DNA from: a virus
Taxonomy: Duplodnaviria; Caudoviricetes
Strand: one strand, 5' to 3'
IMG/VR virus record: IMGVR_UViG_3300025875_000047
Coordinates: 1 to 46,337 of that record
DNA: 46,337 nt
The notes below the pieces were generated by a model. That model was not told the DNA's origin. It was given only the letters and a program-made list of their open reading frames with translations, and did no database searches. Position numbers and translations under genes: made by a program. How positions within the stretch are numbered: position 1 is the first letter of the stretch; each line of letters opens with the position of its first letter. This document shows, in pieces, positions 36,229 to 45,725 of this stretch.

Positions 36229-37998
36229 ATGGCTATTCTTCAGCCCCGATGGTATCAGGAAGCGGCGGTCAAAGCCGTATTCGACTATCTTGCGAACACT
36301 GGCGGAATAGCTGAAGACGGTCGGCCGATAAAGGCGAACCCGCTTGTCGCTATGCCCACGGGAACCGGCAAGTCTCTTGTAATATCGGGGATCATTTGGG
36401 TTGCGATCATGCTCCGCAACATGACGAACCTTCGTGTCGTCATCGCGACGCATGACAAACGCTTGATCGAACAAAACGCGAAGACGCTGTTAAAGCTTTG
36501 GCCGCAGGCCCCGGTCGGTATTGTATCGGCCGGGTTGAAGCGCAAAGACCTAAACGCGCAACTGATCTTCGGCGGGATCAAGTCGCTTATCGGAAAGCTG
36601 ATCGACAACAGCGGTAAGCCCCAATGGGTTGACTTGCTGATCGTTGATGAAGCGCACCTAATAAACAACAAAGCCGAAGGGCAGTATTGCGAGTTTATCC
36701 TAGAGTGTCTGAAGACGAACCCTAATCTTCGCGTCGTCGGCCTAACCGCAACGTGGTTTCGGCTTGGGCAGGGCACGCTAACACAAGGGCAAATCTTCAC
36801 CGATATCTGTTACAACATATGCGATATCGACGGCTTCGCCCGACTTCTAGCTGAAGGCTTCTTAGCGCCTCTAATCACGCCGTCTGACCCGGCGCGCAAG
36901 ATCGCGATCGACCTATCAACCGTGGGTATGGGGGCCGATGGCGACTTCAGGCAAGGCGCGCTTCAGAACGCCACCGATCGCGCCGATATTAACTATGCTG
37001 CGCTTCGTGAAATCGTTCAGTATGGTGAAAACCGCCGTTCATGGATGATCTTCGGCGCTGGCGTCGAACACGTCGAACATCTTCAGCAAATGCTATCGGG
37101 AGCGTTTGGCGTGCCATGCGTCGCCGTTCACTCAAAGATGAAAGACGCTGAAGTTGACGCCGCATTCGGTGCCTTTAAGCGGGGCGAAGTGCGAGCGCTG
37201 ATTAACAAGGATATGGCAACAACCGGCTTCGATCATCCCCCCGTTGACTTAATCGGCGATCTAGGCGCGACTTGCTCCGCAGCGAAGCACGTTCAAAAGA
37301 ACGGCCGGGCAACACGTCCTTATGATTGTCGCAACCCCGATCAATATATTCCGGGCTTTGAGTTCGTTAAAGAAAACGCAATCGTTTTAGACTTCGTTGG
37401 AAACATCGAACGTTGCGGGCCGATCAACGATCCGATCATTCCGCGAGCGCCGGGCGATAAGAAGACAGGGGTTCGCGATGCTCCGATCAAGATTTGTGCC
37501 CATTGCGGTAACTATAATCATTCGTCGGTAAGGTTCTGTCACGTCTGCGGCGCTGAATTCGATATGCGTTCGAGTATCACGCAACACGCCAGCACGGCCG
37601 AAATCATCAAGCTTGATGATAGCGCAGTTCCGCAAGTCGAAATCATTCCAGTCGATCGGGTGAGTTATACGCGCCATGTTACGAAAGCGACGAAACGGGC
37701 TCTATCGACCGACGGGCGCAGTTGGACGAACAACGATCCTTTTATCATCAAGGCAAGTTATTATTGCGGCCTGAAGACGTATTATGAATTCGTTACCGTC
37801 GAAGCGCCTGAAGGAACTCGCGAACAGAACTTCATGCGCAAGATCGGCCGTGATTGGTTTCGCGCTCGCTATCAAGGCGAACCGCCGGAAACGAACGAAG
37901 AAGTATTGCAGTATTCATCTTATCTGCGGAGCCCTAGAGCGCTCCGGGTTTGGGTGAATAAGAAGCCCTATCCTGAAGTCAAGGGAGCCGAATTCTAA
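36229..37998 (+). CDS. SF2 DEAH-box helicase (RadD/YejH-like) with a zinc finger
   Basis: PTGTGKS, DEAH, GLTAT, TTGFD, QKNGRATR and CAHC...CHVC. Confidence 0.93.
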   Translation: MAILQPRWYQEAAVKAVFDYLANTGGIAEDGRPIKANPLVAMPTGTGKSLVISGIIWVAIMLRNMTNLRVVIATHDKRLIEQNAKTLLKLWPQAPVGIVSAGLKRKDLNAQLIFGGIKSLIGKLIDNSGKPQWVDLLIVDEAHLINNKAEGQYCEFILECLKTNPNLRVVGLTATWFRLGQGTLTQGQIFTDICYNICDIDGFARLLAEGFLAPLITPSDPARKIAIDLSTVGMGADGDFRQGALQNATDRADINYAALREIVQYGENRRSWMIFGAGVEHVEHLQQMLSGAFGVPCVAVHSKMKDAEVDAAFGAFKRGEVRALINKDMATTGFDHPPVDLIGDLGATCSAAKHVQKNGRATRPYDCRNPDQYIPGFEFVKENAIVLDFVGNIERCGPINDPIIPRAPGDKKTGVRDAPIKICAHCGNYNHSSVRFCHVCGAEFDMRSSITQHASTAEIIKLDDSAVPQVEIIPVDRVSYTRHVTKATKRALSTDGRSWTNNDPFIIKASYYCGLKTYYEFVTVEAPEGTREQNFMRKIGRDWFRARYQGEPPETNEEVLQYSSYLRSPRALRVWVNKKPYPEVKGAEF

Positions 37999-38240
37999 TG
38001 TCGAATGGTGTTGATCGCAGCGTCATTAAACCGACGTTTACCGAAGGCGTGCATATCAGCGCCGAAACTCTAACGGCTGCGGCGCTGAAGTCGCCTGCTA
38101 TCGGTGTCATGCGAACTTGCATAACGTGTATGAAGTTTATCGAGAATACCGAACATTGCAGTCAGTTCGGAGCGCAGCCCCCGGCGCGAGTTATCGCCTA
38201 CGGGTGTCCGCAATACGAAAACGACGATATCCCGTTCTGA
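37998..38240 (+). CDS. Small Cys-containing protein ending in DDIPF
   Basis: CITC...C...C; TAATG coupling to the helicase gene. Confidence 0.75.
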   Translation: MSNGVDRSVIKPTFTEGVHISAETLTAAALKSPAIGVMRTCITCMKFIENTEHCSQFGAQPPARVIAYGCPQYENDDIPF

Positions 38241-38242
38241 AG

Positions 38243-38503
38243 ATGACAAGCGCAGTCGCCTTCATCCTTTGGAATATCAGCGGGAAGAACCCCGAAATCG
38301 TCAGTCGTGGAACGAATGCGATCGTTCATGGCGATGAAGTCCTATACCTAGGATGCACGCCCGATCGAAGCGCTTACTTTTGGTTAGGCTCCGGCGAAGC
38401 CCGATGGCTGACCGAAGGACAGCTTGCCGAAGCGGGCTTCATCCTTCATGACTATCGCGATCCCCAAGGATTGAAGAGGCGTTTCGATGGCGAACCCGCG
38501 TGA
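38243..38503 (+). CDS. Hypothetical protein
   Basis: ATG 38243 just after the upstream stop codon. Confidence 0.6.
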   Translation: MTSAVAFILWNISGKNPEIVSRGTNAIVHGDEVLYLGCTPDRSAYFWLGSGEARWLTEGQLAEAGFILHDYRDPQGLKRRFDGEPA

Positions 38504-39512
38504 CAAAAAGAAGAAGGCTTCGAGCGCGACCGCCAAGCTTGGCGCAGCGCTCGAATTCGTTCTTCCCGCCTTCAAAGACAAGGGCGCACCGTATCAGCAA
38601 TTTTGCCGTATCAGCAATCAGCAAATCGTCGCATTTGACGGGGTGATTGCTCTAGGGCATCCGGTTGACGAAGACATTCAGATATGCCCACACTTGGGGC
38701 AGTTCAGCGACGCGATTAAGCGGGCGGGCGATACGCTGAATTTGACCGAACTCGCGAGCGGGTCGCTTTCGGTCAAAGGCGACAAGCTTCGAGCGGTGAT
38801 CCCGTGTCTTCGCGATCAGTCCGAAATGCCGCCAGTCATGCCCGATATCAACTGCGCCGTGATTGATGATCGCATTCGCGAAGGTATGGCTGCGGTGACG
38901 ACTGTTATCAAGGAAGGCGATCAGAATACGCGATGGATCGAAACCGCTGCGCTGTTGCGCGCGAACACGATCTTCGCCACGAACGGGCACGTTTGCTTCG
39001 AGTTCTTCCACGGGATCGACCTTCCGCCGAACCTGACGATCCCCAAGGCGGCGATTACGGCGATCCTGAAGAGTGCAAAGCCGATGACGGGGTTCGGCTT
39101 CGGTCCTAAGTCAGTGACGTTCTATTTCGAAGACGGCGCTTGGCTGCGCTCGCAAATGTTCACCGAAGAGTACCCCGATATTGATCGGCTGCTAGACAAA
39201 GAAATAGGTCAGCGCTTGCCCGGCGATCTTCCTGATTGCCCGCCTGATCTATTCGAAGCCGTCGAAGCGGTGAAGAAGTTCGCAGCAACGTCGGCCGTGT
39301 ATCTAGGGCCGGGCGTCGTGCGCTCGCATCCTGCGGAAGACGTAGGCGCAGACTACCCGGTCGAAGGGTTGACCGGCTTTCACGTCTTCAACGCCGAATA
39401 CATGAAGATGATCGCACCGCACGCGAAGAGGATCGACCTAAACCGATCGGAGCAATCGGCGATCTTTTACGGCGACAACGTTCGCGGTGTCATTATGAAG
39501 ATGCGCGGCTAA
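38487..39512 (+). CDS. DNA sliding clamp (Pol III beta-like)
   Basis: 341 aa; ATNGH, IPK, EYPD and C-terminal VIMKMR motifs; adjacent to the polymerase gene. Confidence 0.78.
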   Translation: MANPRDKKKKASSATAKLGAALEFVLPAFKDKGAPYQQFCRISNQQIVAFDGVIALGHPVDEDIQICPHLGQFSDAIKRAGDTLNLTELASGSLSVKGDKLRAVIPCLRDQSEMPPVMPDINCAVIDDRIREGMAAVTTVIKEGDQNTRWIETAALLRANTIFATNGHVCFEFFHGIDLPPNLTIPKAAITAILKSAKPMTGFGFGPKSVTFYFEDGAWLRSQMFTEEYPDIDRLLDKEIGQRLPGDLPDCPPDLFEAVEAVKKFAATSAVYLGPGVVRSHPAEDVGADYPVEGLTGFHVFNAEYMKMIAPHAKRIDLNRSEQSAIFYGDNVRGVIMKMRG

Positions 39513-41524
39513 TGTTCTTCGATGACGCCGACATAGTTCCGAAGAAGCTTGCGACGCTCCGGCTTCCGCCACCGATCCCGCATACGGGTTGGACGCCGCC
39601 CGCCAGCTTTCCGAACCTATCCGCCGCGACTGTTATTGCAGTCGATACGGAAACCAAAGACCCGGAGTTGACCGAACAGGGGCCGGGTTGGGCGCGTCAC
39701 CGGGGGCATATCGTCGGCGTATCGCTGGCGGCGAAGGACGCGCGCGGCAACTCCGGCAAATGGTACTTTCCGGTTAGGCATGAGGTGCAACCGGAGTTGA
39801 ACCTAGACCCGGCAAAGGTCTTCCCATTCCTGAAGACGGTGCTAGAAAACCCGCATACGCCGAAGGCCGGCGCTAATCTAATGTACGATATCGGTTGGCT
39901 GACCGAAGAGGACATTTACGTTGCCGGGCCGCTATATGACGTTCAGTTCGGCGAAGCGTTGTTGTGCGAGGATAGCGTTGCACTCGAAACCCTAGGTCGC
40001 AAATATCTAGGGATCGGCAAGACGACGAACTTGCTATACGATTGGCTTGGTCGCGCCTACCCCGACGTTTCAGCGACGAAGCGTCGTTCGAATATCTATC
40101 GGGCTCCCCCGTCGCTTGTCGGCCCTTACGCTGAAGACGACGCGGCGCTTCCGATTGAAATCATGGAACGCCAGCTTCGCGAAATCGAGGCGCAGGAACT
40201 AGGCGAAGTCTTCCGGCTAGAGAATGAACTAATCCCGCTGCTAGTTCGAATGCGGCTCGAAGGCGTGTCGGTTGACGTACCCGTTGCTGAAGCCTTGCAC
40301 AAGGAACTAGGCGGCGACATTCAACAGCTATATCAGCGGATCAATCACGAATTCGGCCCGCTCGAAAAGTCGTCGTCGGGGCATGTGGGCAAGCTGCTAG
40401 ATCATCTAGGCGTCAGCTATCCGCGCGGTGCTGAAGGTCGGCCGTCGATCGAAAAGGAATGGCTTGCGGGGCTTGAACACCCGGTCGGCGAACTGTTGCT
40501 TGATGTTCGCGAACATGAAAAAATGCGATCGACGTTCGTTGAAAGCTACTTCCTGAATAAAAACATTGGCGGCAAGATATATCCGCAGTTTCACCCGCTG
40601 AAGGGCGAAAGTAACGGAACTATAGTCGGCCGCTTTGCGTCGTCTGATCCGAACTTTCAGAATATCCCAAGTCGAACAAAGCTAGGCAAGCGAGTTCGCC
40701 GGATTTGCATTCCTGATAGCGGTCATCATGAATGGCGCAAGTATGACTATTCGCAAATTCACTATCGCATTCTAGCGCACTACGCCGTCGGTCCCGGTTC
40801 GAATGAACTTCGCGCCGCCTACTGCGATGATCCGAACATGGATTATCACGATAAGGTATATGACAACGTTTGCCCGTTGTTGGGTTGGGATGCGAACGAC
40901 GAAGCGCAGCGGAAGTTTCGTCGTCGGCCGGTGAAGAACGTGAACTTCGGTCTTCTTTACGGTCAATCTGAAAAGTCGCTGAAGTATAAGACGGCCGCGT
41001 ATTTCGGTGAAGGTTTCGGCGACGAAGAGGCGAAGGGGTTTTTCGAAGCCTACTTCAAGGGTGCACCATATGTGAAGCCCACAATGCAAGCGATCGGCCG
41101 CGAAGTGCAAGCCTTCGGGTATGTGCGAACGCTGCTAGGTCGCCGGGTGCGCTTCGATCAATGGGAGCCCGCCGACTTCGGTTCGCGCGGAATGCCCTTG
41201 CCCTATCATGCTGCGCTTGCGGAGTACGGGTCTAACATTCGCCGCGCTTTCGAGTATCGCGGCGTGAACTACAAGTTTCAGGGCTCCGAACCGGATATCA
41301 TGAAGACGGGCATGATTAAGTGTCTGCGTTCCGGTGTGTTCGACTACACCGGAGTTCCGCGACTAACAGTGCATGACGAAAACGACTATAGCGTTCGTGA
41401 CAACAGCCCGGCGACGAAGGAAGCCTTCGAGTTCATTCAACGTACTATGGAAGGCGCTATTCAGCTTCGTATTCCGGTTCGGGTTGATATGTCGAAGGGG
41501 CCGAATTGGGGCGAAGCGGACTAG
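39512..41524 (+). CDS. polA: Family A DNA polymerase with a 3'-5' exonuclease domain
   Basis: Exo motifs DTET, NLMYD, YAEDD; GRFASSDPNFQNIP; motif A DYSQIHYR; motif B RRPVKNVNFGLLYG; motif C VHDE. Confidence 0.95.
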   Translation: MFFDDADIVPKKLATLRLPPPIPHTGWTPPASFPNLSAATVIAVDTETKDPELTEQGPGWARHRGHIVGVSLAAKDARGNSGKWYFPVRHEVQPELNLDPAKVFPFLKTVLENPHTPKAGANLMYDIGWLTEEDIYVAGPLYDVQFGEALLCEDSVALETLGRKYLGIGKTTNLLYDWLGRAYPDVSATKRRSNIYRAPPSLVGPYAEDDAALPIEIMERQLREIEAQELGEVFRLENELIPLLVRMRLEGVSVDVPVAEALHKELGGDIQQLYQRINHEFGPLEKSSSGHVGKLLDHLGVSYPRGAEGRPSIEKEWLAGLEHPVGELLLDVREHEKMRSTFVESYFLNKNIGGKIYPQFHPLKGESNGTIVGRFASSDPNFQNIPSRTKLGKRVRRICIPDSGHHEWRKYDYSQIHYRILAHYAVGPGSNELRAAYCDDPNMDYHDKVYDNVCPLLGWDANDEAQRKFRRRPVKNVNFGLLYGQSEKSLKYKTAAYFGEGFGDEEAKGFFEAYFKGAPYVKPTMQAIGREVQAFGYVRTLLGRRVRFDQWEPADFGSRGMPLPYHAALAEYGSNIRRAFEYRGVNYKFQGSEPDIMKTGMIKCLRSGVFDYTGVPRLTVHDENDYSVRDNSPATKEAFEFIQRTMEGAIQLRIPVRVDMSKGPNWGEAD

Positions 41525-42060
41525 CTTTCGATTACTAGGACGTTCGCCGTTGCGCCGACTAGCAGCGTAACAAGTCCGGTCACTAGTGCTTGCGTCTGAA
41601 GCTTTACCTGAACTTGATCCTTCGTCGCCGATCCCGCAACAACGGTTGACATTGTAGGACCGGAAAGAACCGCAGTCGTTGCCGGTAGGGGAATGACAAC
41701 CGGCGCAGCCGCGAACTTGGCTGAAGAGTAGTTAATCGTCGCGATCCCTTGCGCGTTGCTTACTGCCGAAAAAGGCATGACGCGCTTGATCGCATTGAAG
41801 TTGAATGCGTCGGCCTTAGCGGTGACGTATCCTGCGGTTCCGATATAGACGCCGACGGCGGGCTTAGTTCCAGTGCCGCCGCTCCAATCGATGACTTTGA
41901 TAAGCGTGCGGGTGCCGTCCAACTCTCCGGCAAGGGCTGGCGTCCATCCTGAAGTTCCGTTCGAACCCGGCGAACCATCTTTCAGCATAACAGGATTAAG
42001 CGAACCGTCGGCGTTGCGAGTAGCGGCGACAGTATTGCGGATCGTCGTTGTTCCGGCCAT
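41521..42060 (-). CDS. Tail fibre-associated protein
   Basis: 179 aa, beta-rich; last gene of the tail operon. Confidence 0.6.
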   Translation of the reverse strand: MAGTTTIRNTVAATRNADGSLNPVMLKDGSPGSNGTSGWTPALAGELDGTRTLIKVIDWSGGTGTKPAVGVYIGTAGYVTAKADAFNFNAIKRVMPFSAVSNAQGIATINYSSAKFAAAPVVIPLPATTAVLSGPTMSTVVAGSATKDQVQVKLQTQALVTGLVTLLVGATANVLVIES

Positions 42061-42638
42061 TAGCTAATCACCGCGCTATCGGGGCCGACGACTGGCGACG
42101 CGAGCCCGCTATTGCTGAAGGATCGAACGAAATAGTAATAGGTTCCCGTTGCACCCGGCGCATCGTTCACCGTCTGAACTGCGCCAAGCCCGCCGACGAT
42201 ATCGCCGCCTATCTGAACAGCGTCGGCGAAGTTCGTCGTATTGCTCCGATAAAGCCGCGTCCAACCGTAGTTGTTATCGATCGGATTTCGCCAAGTTACG
42301 TTAGACGATCCGACGCCATCGGCTACGCTGAAGCGTGTCGGCGAAGTCGGCGCTTGTTCAACGTCGCTATAGGTGTATTCGACAATTTCGCTGCGCCCGG
42401 AATTGTTTAGGCACGTTACCCGAAGCTTGAACTTCGGCCAAGGCCCGCCAGCCGCTTTGATTTCATCGGCGGTAAACAGCGTTGACGTGCCGAAGACCAT
42501 CTTCGCAAGCTTACTATTCGGCGAAGTCGTCGTCGGATTGTTGACGCTCCCGGCGGGCGCAGTCGGATCGCTAGGCGTGGGATTGCCCCCGCCGTCGCCG
42601 GGATCGCCATAGTCTTGTTCGATGATTGCCCGCGCCAT
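42060..42638 (-). CDS. Fibronectin type III-like tail protein
   Basis: PTSPTRFSV...VTWRNP...LYRS...YYYFVRSF. Confidence 0.7.
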   Translation of the reverse strand: MARAIIEQDYGDPGDGGGNPTPSDPTAPAGSVNNPTTTSPNSKLAKMVFGTSTLFTADEIKAAGGPWPKFKLRVTCLNNSGRSEIVEYTYSDVEQAPTSPTRFSVADGVGSSNVTWRNPIDNNYGWTRLYRSNTTNFADAVQIGGDIVGGLGAVQTVNDAPGATGTYYYFVRSFSNSGLASPVVGPDSAVIS

Positions 42639-42640
42639 GA

Positions 42641-45331
42641 TTAAGCCTCGACTACAATTTCGACCGCATACGCTGAAGCGTATTGGCCGGGGAACCAATC
42701 GGCGGTAACAACGCTTTGGTCGGTCGCAACCGTAACTGAAAGATCGGTGACGGCTTCAGGCACTTTGTTTTCGGGGTCGAAGTCATATTCAACATATGTC
42801 CAAGGCCCCCGAACATTGCCGATCGCCGCAGCCCGAACAATAACGTCGTTCGCTTGCGCTAAAAACGTAACCGAAGTGCCCGAGCCTTCATAGACGGTAT
42901 CGTATGAAGCCCCGTCATAGCTGTATTGCACGACGTAGGCGGTTGCCCCTCGCGACGGTGCCCACGATGCCGACAGCAGCACCGGGGAAGCGCCGCTAGA
43001 CGGATCAAGCGTCACACGAAGGCCGTCAATCGCAGGGGCGCTAGGATCGCGCCCTAGCCCGCCTATCGCAGCTTCTTCCGGGGGAACGCCTAGGTCAGCC
43101 GTGTAAACGCGCGGATCGTCGTTCACTAGCGCGATTTGCGATCGGTCAAGGCCCTGCGGAACGATCGACGTTGCGACGAACCGCTTTGCGAATATGATCG
43201 AATTGTTTTGAATGAACCGGGTTGCGATCTTGTTCGGGTCAGTGACGATGATCGGCGCAAGCGGGCCGAATTCGGCTTCAGCATCTATAAGCGCGTCTTC
43301 ATCGATAACCGCTTCGAAGTTACTTGCGCCGCGCGTAACAGCGACCGGCCCCCATTGACGATTGCGACGATCCGAAAAGATAATCGAAAATGGACCGTTC
43401 GACCAATTGCCGGGTTCAGTTAGCAGAACCGTTCGTGAAGCGGTGTCGTAAAACTCGACTTCGCCCGCGCTGCCCCATTTCGGCATATCATGTGAAACCG
43501 TAACAGCGTCGCCACGAATTAGAAGCTTGCCCTCCATTTCGGAAGTAAGCTGACCGATGATCCGGCGATATGCGTTTGACGCCGCATGGTAGATGCCTTC
43601 ACGCCAAGCTTGCGCGTAGTTCGTTGCGCCGAACAAGCTAATGCGGGTTGGTTCATCCGACGTGCTACCGTCAAGCGTACATTGAACTTCGGCCTGTTTC
43701 CAAGTGCGTTCATCGATATATTCGACAATAACGTCATCGGGGCTATCCGCCCGGTAAAGAAGATGCGTTGTGCCGAACGATCCCTTCGTCATGTTAGCAG
43801 ACGTGAAGACGCCTTTCGGGATCGTGCGCGGTTCGTCACGAACAAACGTCATCACGCCTGCGATCAACATCGGTTGCGTTCGCCCGACTAGAAGAAGCGC
43901 CGCGAGTGCATCCCAAAACGTTTGTTTCGTGTCGAATACGCCGTTGAACGTGTCGTTGCGGGCGAACCAAGTCGCGTCTAGCTGAAGAAGCTTATCAAGG
44001 TCAATCATGCTATCTTGACGGCCTTCGCCGTAAATAGGATTGCGAAGCATATCAGCCGCTGCCCACGCTATAGATCGGGTCGGCTGCGGGTCGCTCCAAC
44101 CTTCGCCGTTCCATACGGGAAGCTTCGCAATCTGAATGACGTTGAATAGTCGTGATGACTGTTGCGAAAGTTGGTTCGTGGCCTTGATCTTCACCGCCAA
44201 AAGTGAAACGTCGGGATAGACGTTCGTTGACGGTTGGAAGCCGCGAAGCCCGGTCCATTGCACCTTATCCGAAACCGTCGTGTCGTCACCCGCGTCTGCG
44301 GTGACGCGCGTTACCCGGCCCTGATAGCGACTGTCGGGAACGACAAACGTCTTCGTATAGCGTTGCGCCGTTGACGTGCGGGCGGTAAATACAGCGATTT
44401 CAGCAACAACCCAAGGCCCCGCCGCCGTGCCGGTATTGTCAATCTCCTGATACTCGATAGTCACCGATACACTTCGGCTTCCTAGCTTGCCCTTCTTATC
44501 GGCCTTGAATAGCCCGGCGCTGAATACGAAGTCGTATGCCAGCCGATTAACGACGGTTCCGGCGGCGTTGACGATGTATCCGCCGATAGTCGCACCCGAT
44601 AGAAGATCGGCACCGGCAACTTCGGCGGAGGTCTGAACCGCCGCCGGGAATAGCGTTACCGGCTGACCCGGTTCGATAAACTGAAGTTCAACGTCTTCGA
44701 AGCTATCCGTAAAGCCGGTAGCTTTGCGCCAAAGGTCCGTATCGCCAATGCGAACGGTTTGTGTGTCATAGAAGCCGACGCCGCGAACGAACAACTGAAA
44801 TAGATATTGATCGTTGCCTTCGTATGTCGTGTAGGGTTGTGCGGCGAAATCCATGAACATATTATGCAATCCGTATCCGCGCGGGATCGGGTTCATAAGT
44901 CGGGCTTGATTGCCCTGCGCCTGAAGCGAATACGTCGGGCTTGCTTCGGCCCCTTCGGCATTGGCGACCTTCGGCTGAAGAACAAGGTTCAGGATCGCAC
45001 CGACTGCGGCCCCGGCGGCAAGCCCTAGCGCGATATTGCCGCCGGTAAGGACGGTGACGCCGATCGTTACGGCGATCTGCGCAACAACACCGATGATCGA
45101 CTTTAGTCCGCCGTTCTGCGGAAGGATGACGAAGGCCCCGCGATCGAAGCATGTTAGCGGGCGATCCCAATCGGCCCGGCGAACAGGCACTTCGTTGCAT
45201 ACGAAGATAACCGGAACCGATGAAGGAAACGCCTGTTCATCGAAGTATTCACGAATAGTCTTGCCGGGCGTGAACGGCGCATGTCCGATTACACTTAGCG
45301 GGGTTTCAACCGCGATCCCCAATCCATTCAT
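42641..45331 (-). CDS. Tail tip / host-specificity protein (lambda J-like) with FN3 domains
   Basis: About 900 aa; QGNQARLMNPIPRGYG, TRSIAWA, FNGVFD and GATNYAQAWREG; likely ATG at 45331. Confidence 0.9.
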   Translation of the reverse strand: MNGLGIAVETPLSVIGHAPFTPGKTIREYFDEQAFPSSVPVIFVCNEVPVRRADWDRPLTCFDRGAFVILPQNGGLKSIIGVVAQIAVTIGVTVLTGGNIALGLAAGAAVGAILNLVLQPKVANAEGAEASPTYSLQAQGNQARLMNPIPRGYGLHNMFMDFAAQPYTTYEGNDQYLFQLFVRGVGFYDTQTVRIGDTDLWRKATGFTDSFEDVELQFIEPGQPVTLFPAAVQTSAEVAGADLLSGATIGGYIVNAAGTVVNRLAYDFVFSAGLFKADKKGKLGSRSVSVTIEYQEIDNTGTAAGPWVVAEIAVFTARTSTAQRYTKTFVVPDSRYQGRVTRVTADAGDDTTVSDKVQWTGLRGFQPSTNVYPDVSLLAVKIKATNQLSQQSSRLFNVIQIAKLPVWNGEGWSDPQPTRSIAWAAADMLRNPIYGEGRQDSMIDLDKLLQLDATWFARNDTFNGVFDTKQTFWDALAALLLVGRTQPMLIAGVMTFVRDEPRTIPKGVFTSANMTKGSFGTTHLLYRADSPDDVIVEYIDERTWKQAEVQCTLDGSTSDEPTRISLFGATNYAQAWREGIYHAASNAYRRIIGQLTSEMEGKLLIRGDAVTVSHDMPKWGSAGEVEFYDTASRTVLLTEPGNWSNGPFSIIFSDRRNRQWGPVAVTRGASNFEAVIDEDALIDAEAEFGPLAPIIVTDPNKIATRFIQNNSIIFAKRFVATSIVPQGLDRSQIALVNDDPRVYTADLGVPPEEAAIGGLGRDPSAPAIDGLRVTLDPSSGASPVLLSASWAPSRGATAYVVQYSYDGASYDTVYEGSGTSVTFLAQANDVIVRAAAIGNVRGPWTYVEYDFDPENKVPEAVTDLSVTVATDQSVVTADWFPGQYASAYAVEIVVEA

Positions 45332-45725
45332 GAAATACGAACCTTCGCCAGCCTGACGCACGAAGCGCAAGGATTGTGTCAAATGTCACACCAACGCCCG
45401 CCGTCGCATGACTGATACCGCCACCGTCTATATCGAGGAACACCCCGATATGAAAGGGCCGCGAATTGTGGGCAAGTTCGACAAGCCCGCCATGAACCGG
45501 CGCTTCGATTTGACGCCAGTTCTTACGGGCCGGGTGCGACTTGACGAATTCGATGATTTCGCGCGTTGTTTCGGGCGGCTTGGCAATCGTGCCGATTTCG
45601 CGGTTGAACAGCTTACGTTGAAGCACTTCAGCCCAGCCCCAACAGTCGAACGCATCCGGCCCGGCTGCGCCCTTAACCCAAGGCTTTCCCAAGTTGGCGA
45701 CAATGAATTCAGCGTCAAGCGTCAT
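45306..45725 (-). CDS. NlpC/P60 tail tip protein (lambda K-like)
   Basis: GKPW...FDCWG...HIGV...HA. Confidence 0.88.
   Translation of the reverse strand: MTLDAEFIVANLGKPWVKGAAGPDAFDCWGWAEVLQRKLFNREIGTIAKPPETTREIIEFVKSHPARKNWRQIEAPVHGGLVELAHNSRPFHIGVFLDIDGGGISHATAGVGVTFDTILALRASGWRRFVFHEWIGDRG

Noticed and set aside
39512-41524. Z-genome (DpoZ/PurZ) or deazaguanine modification system
   Set aside because: No purZ, datZ, mazZ, que or dpdA-like genes recognised in an apparently complete genome
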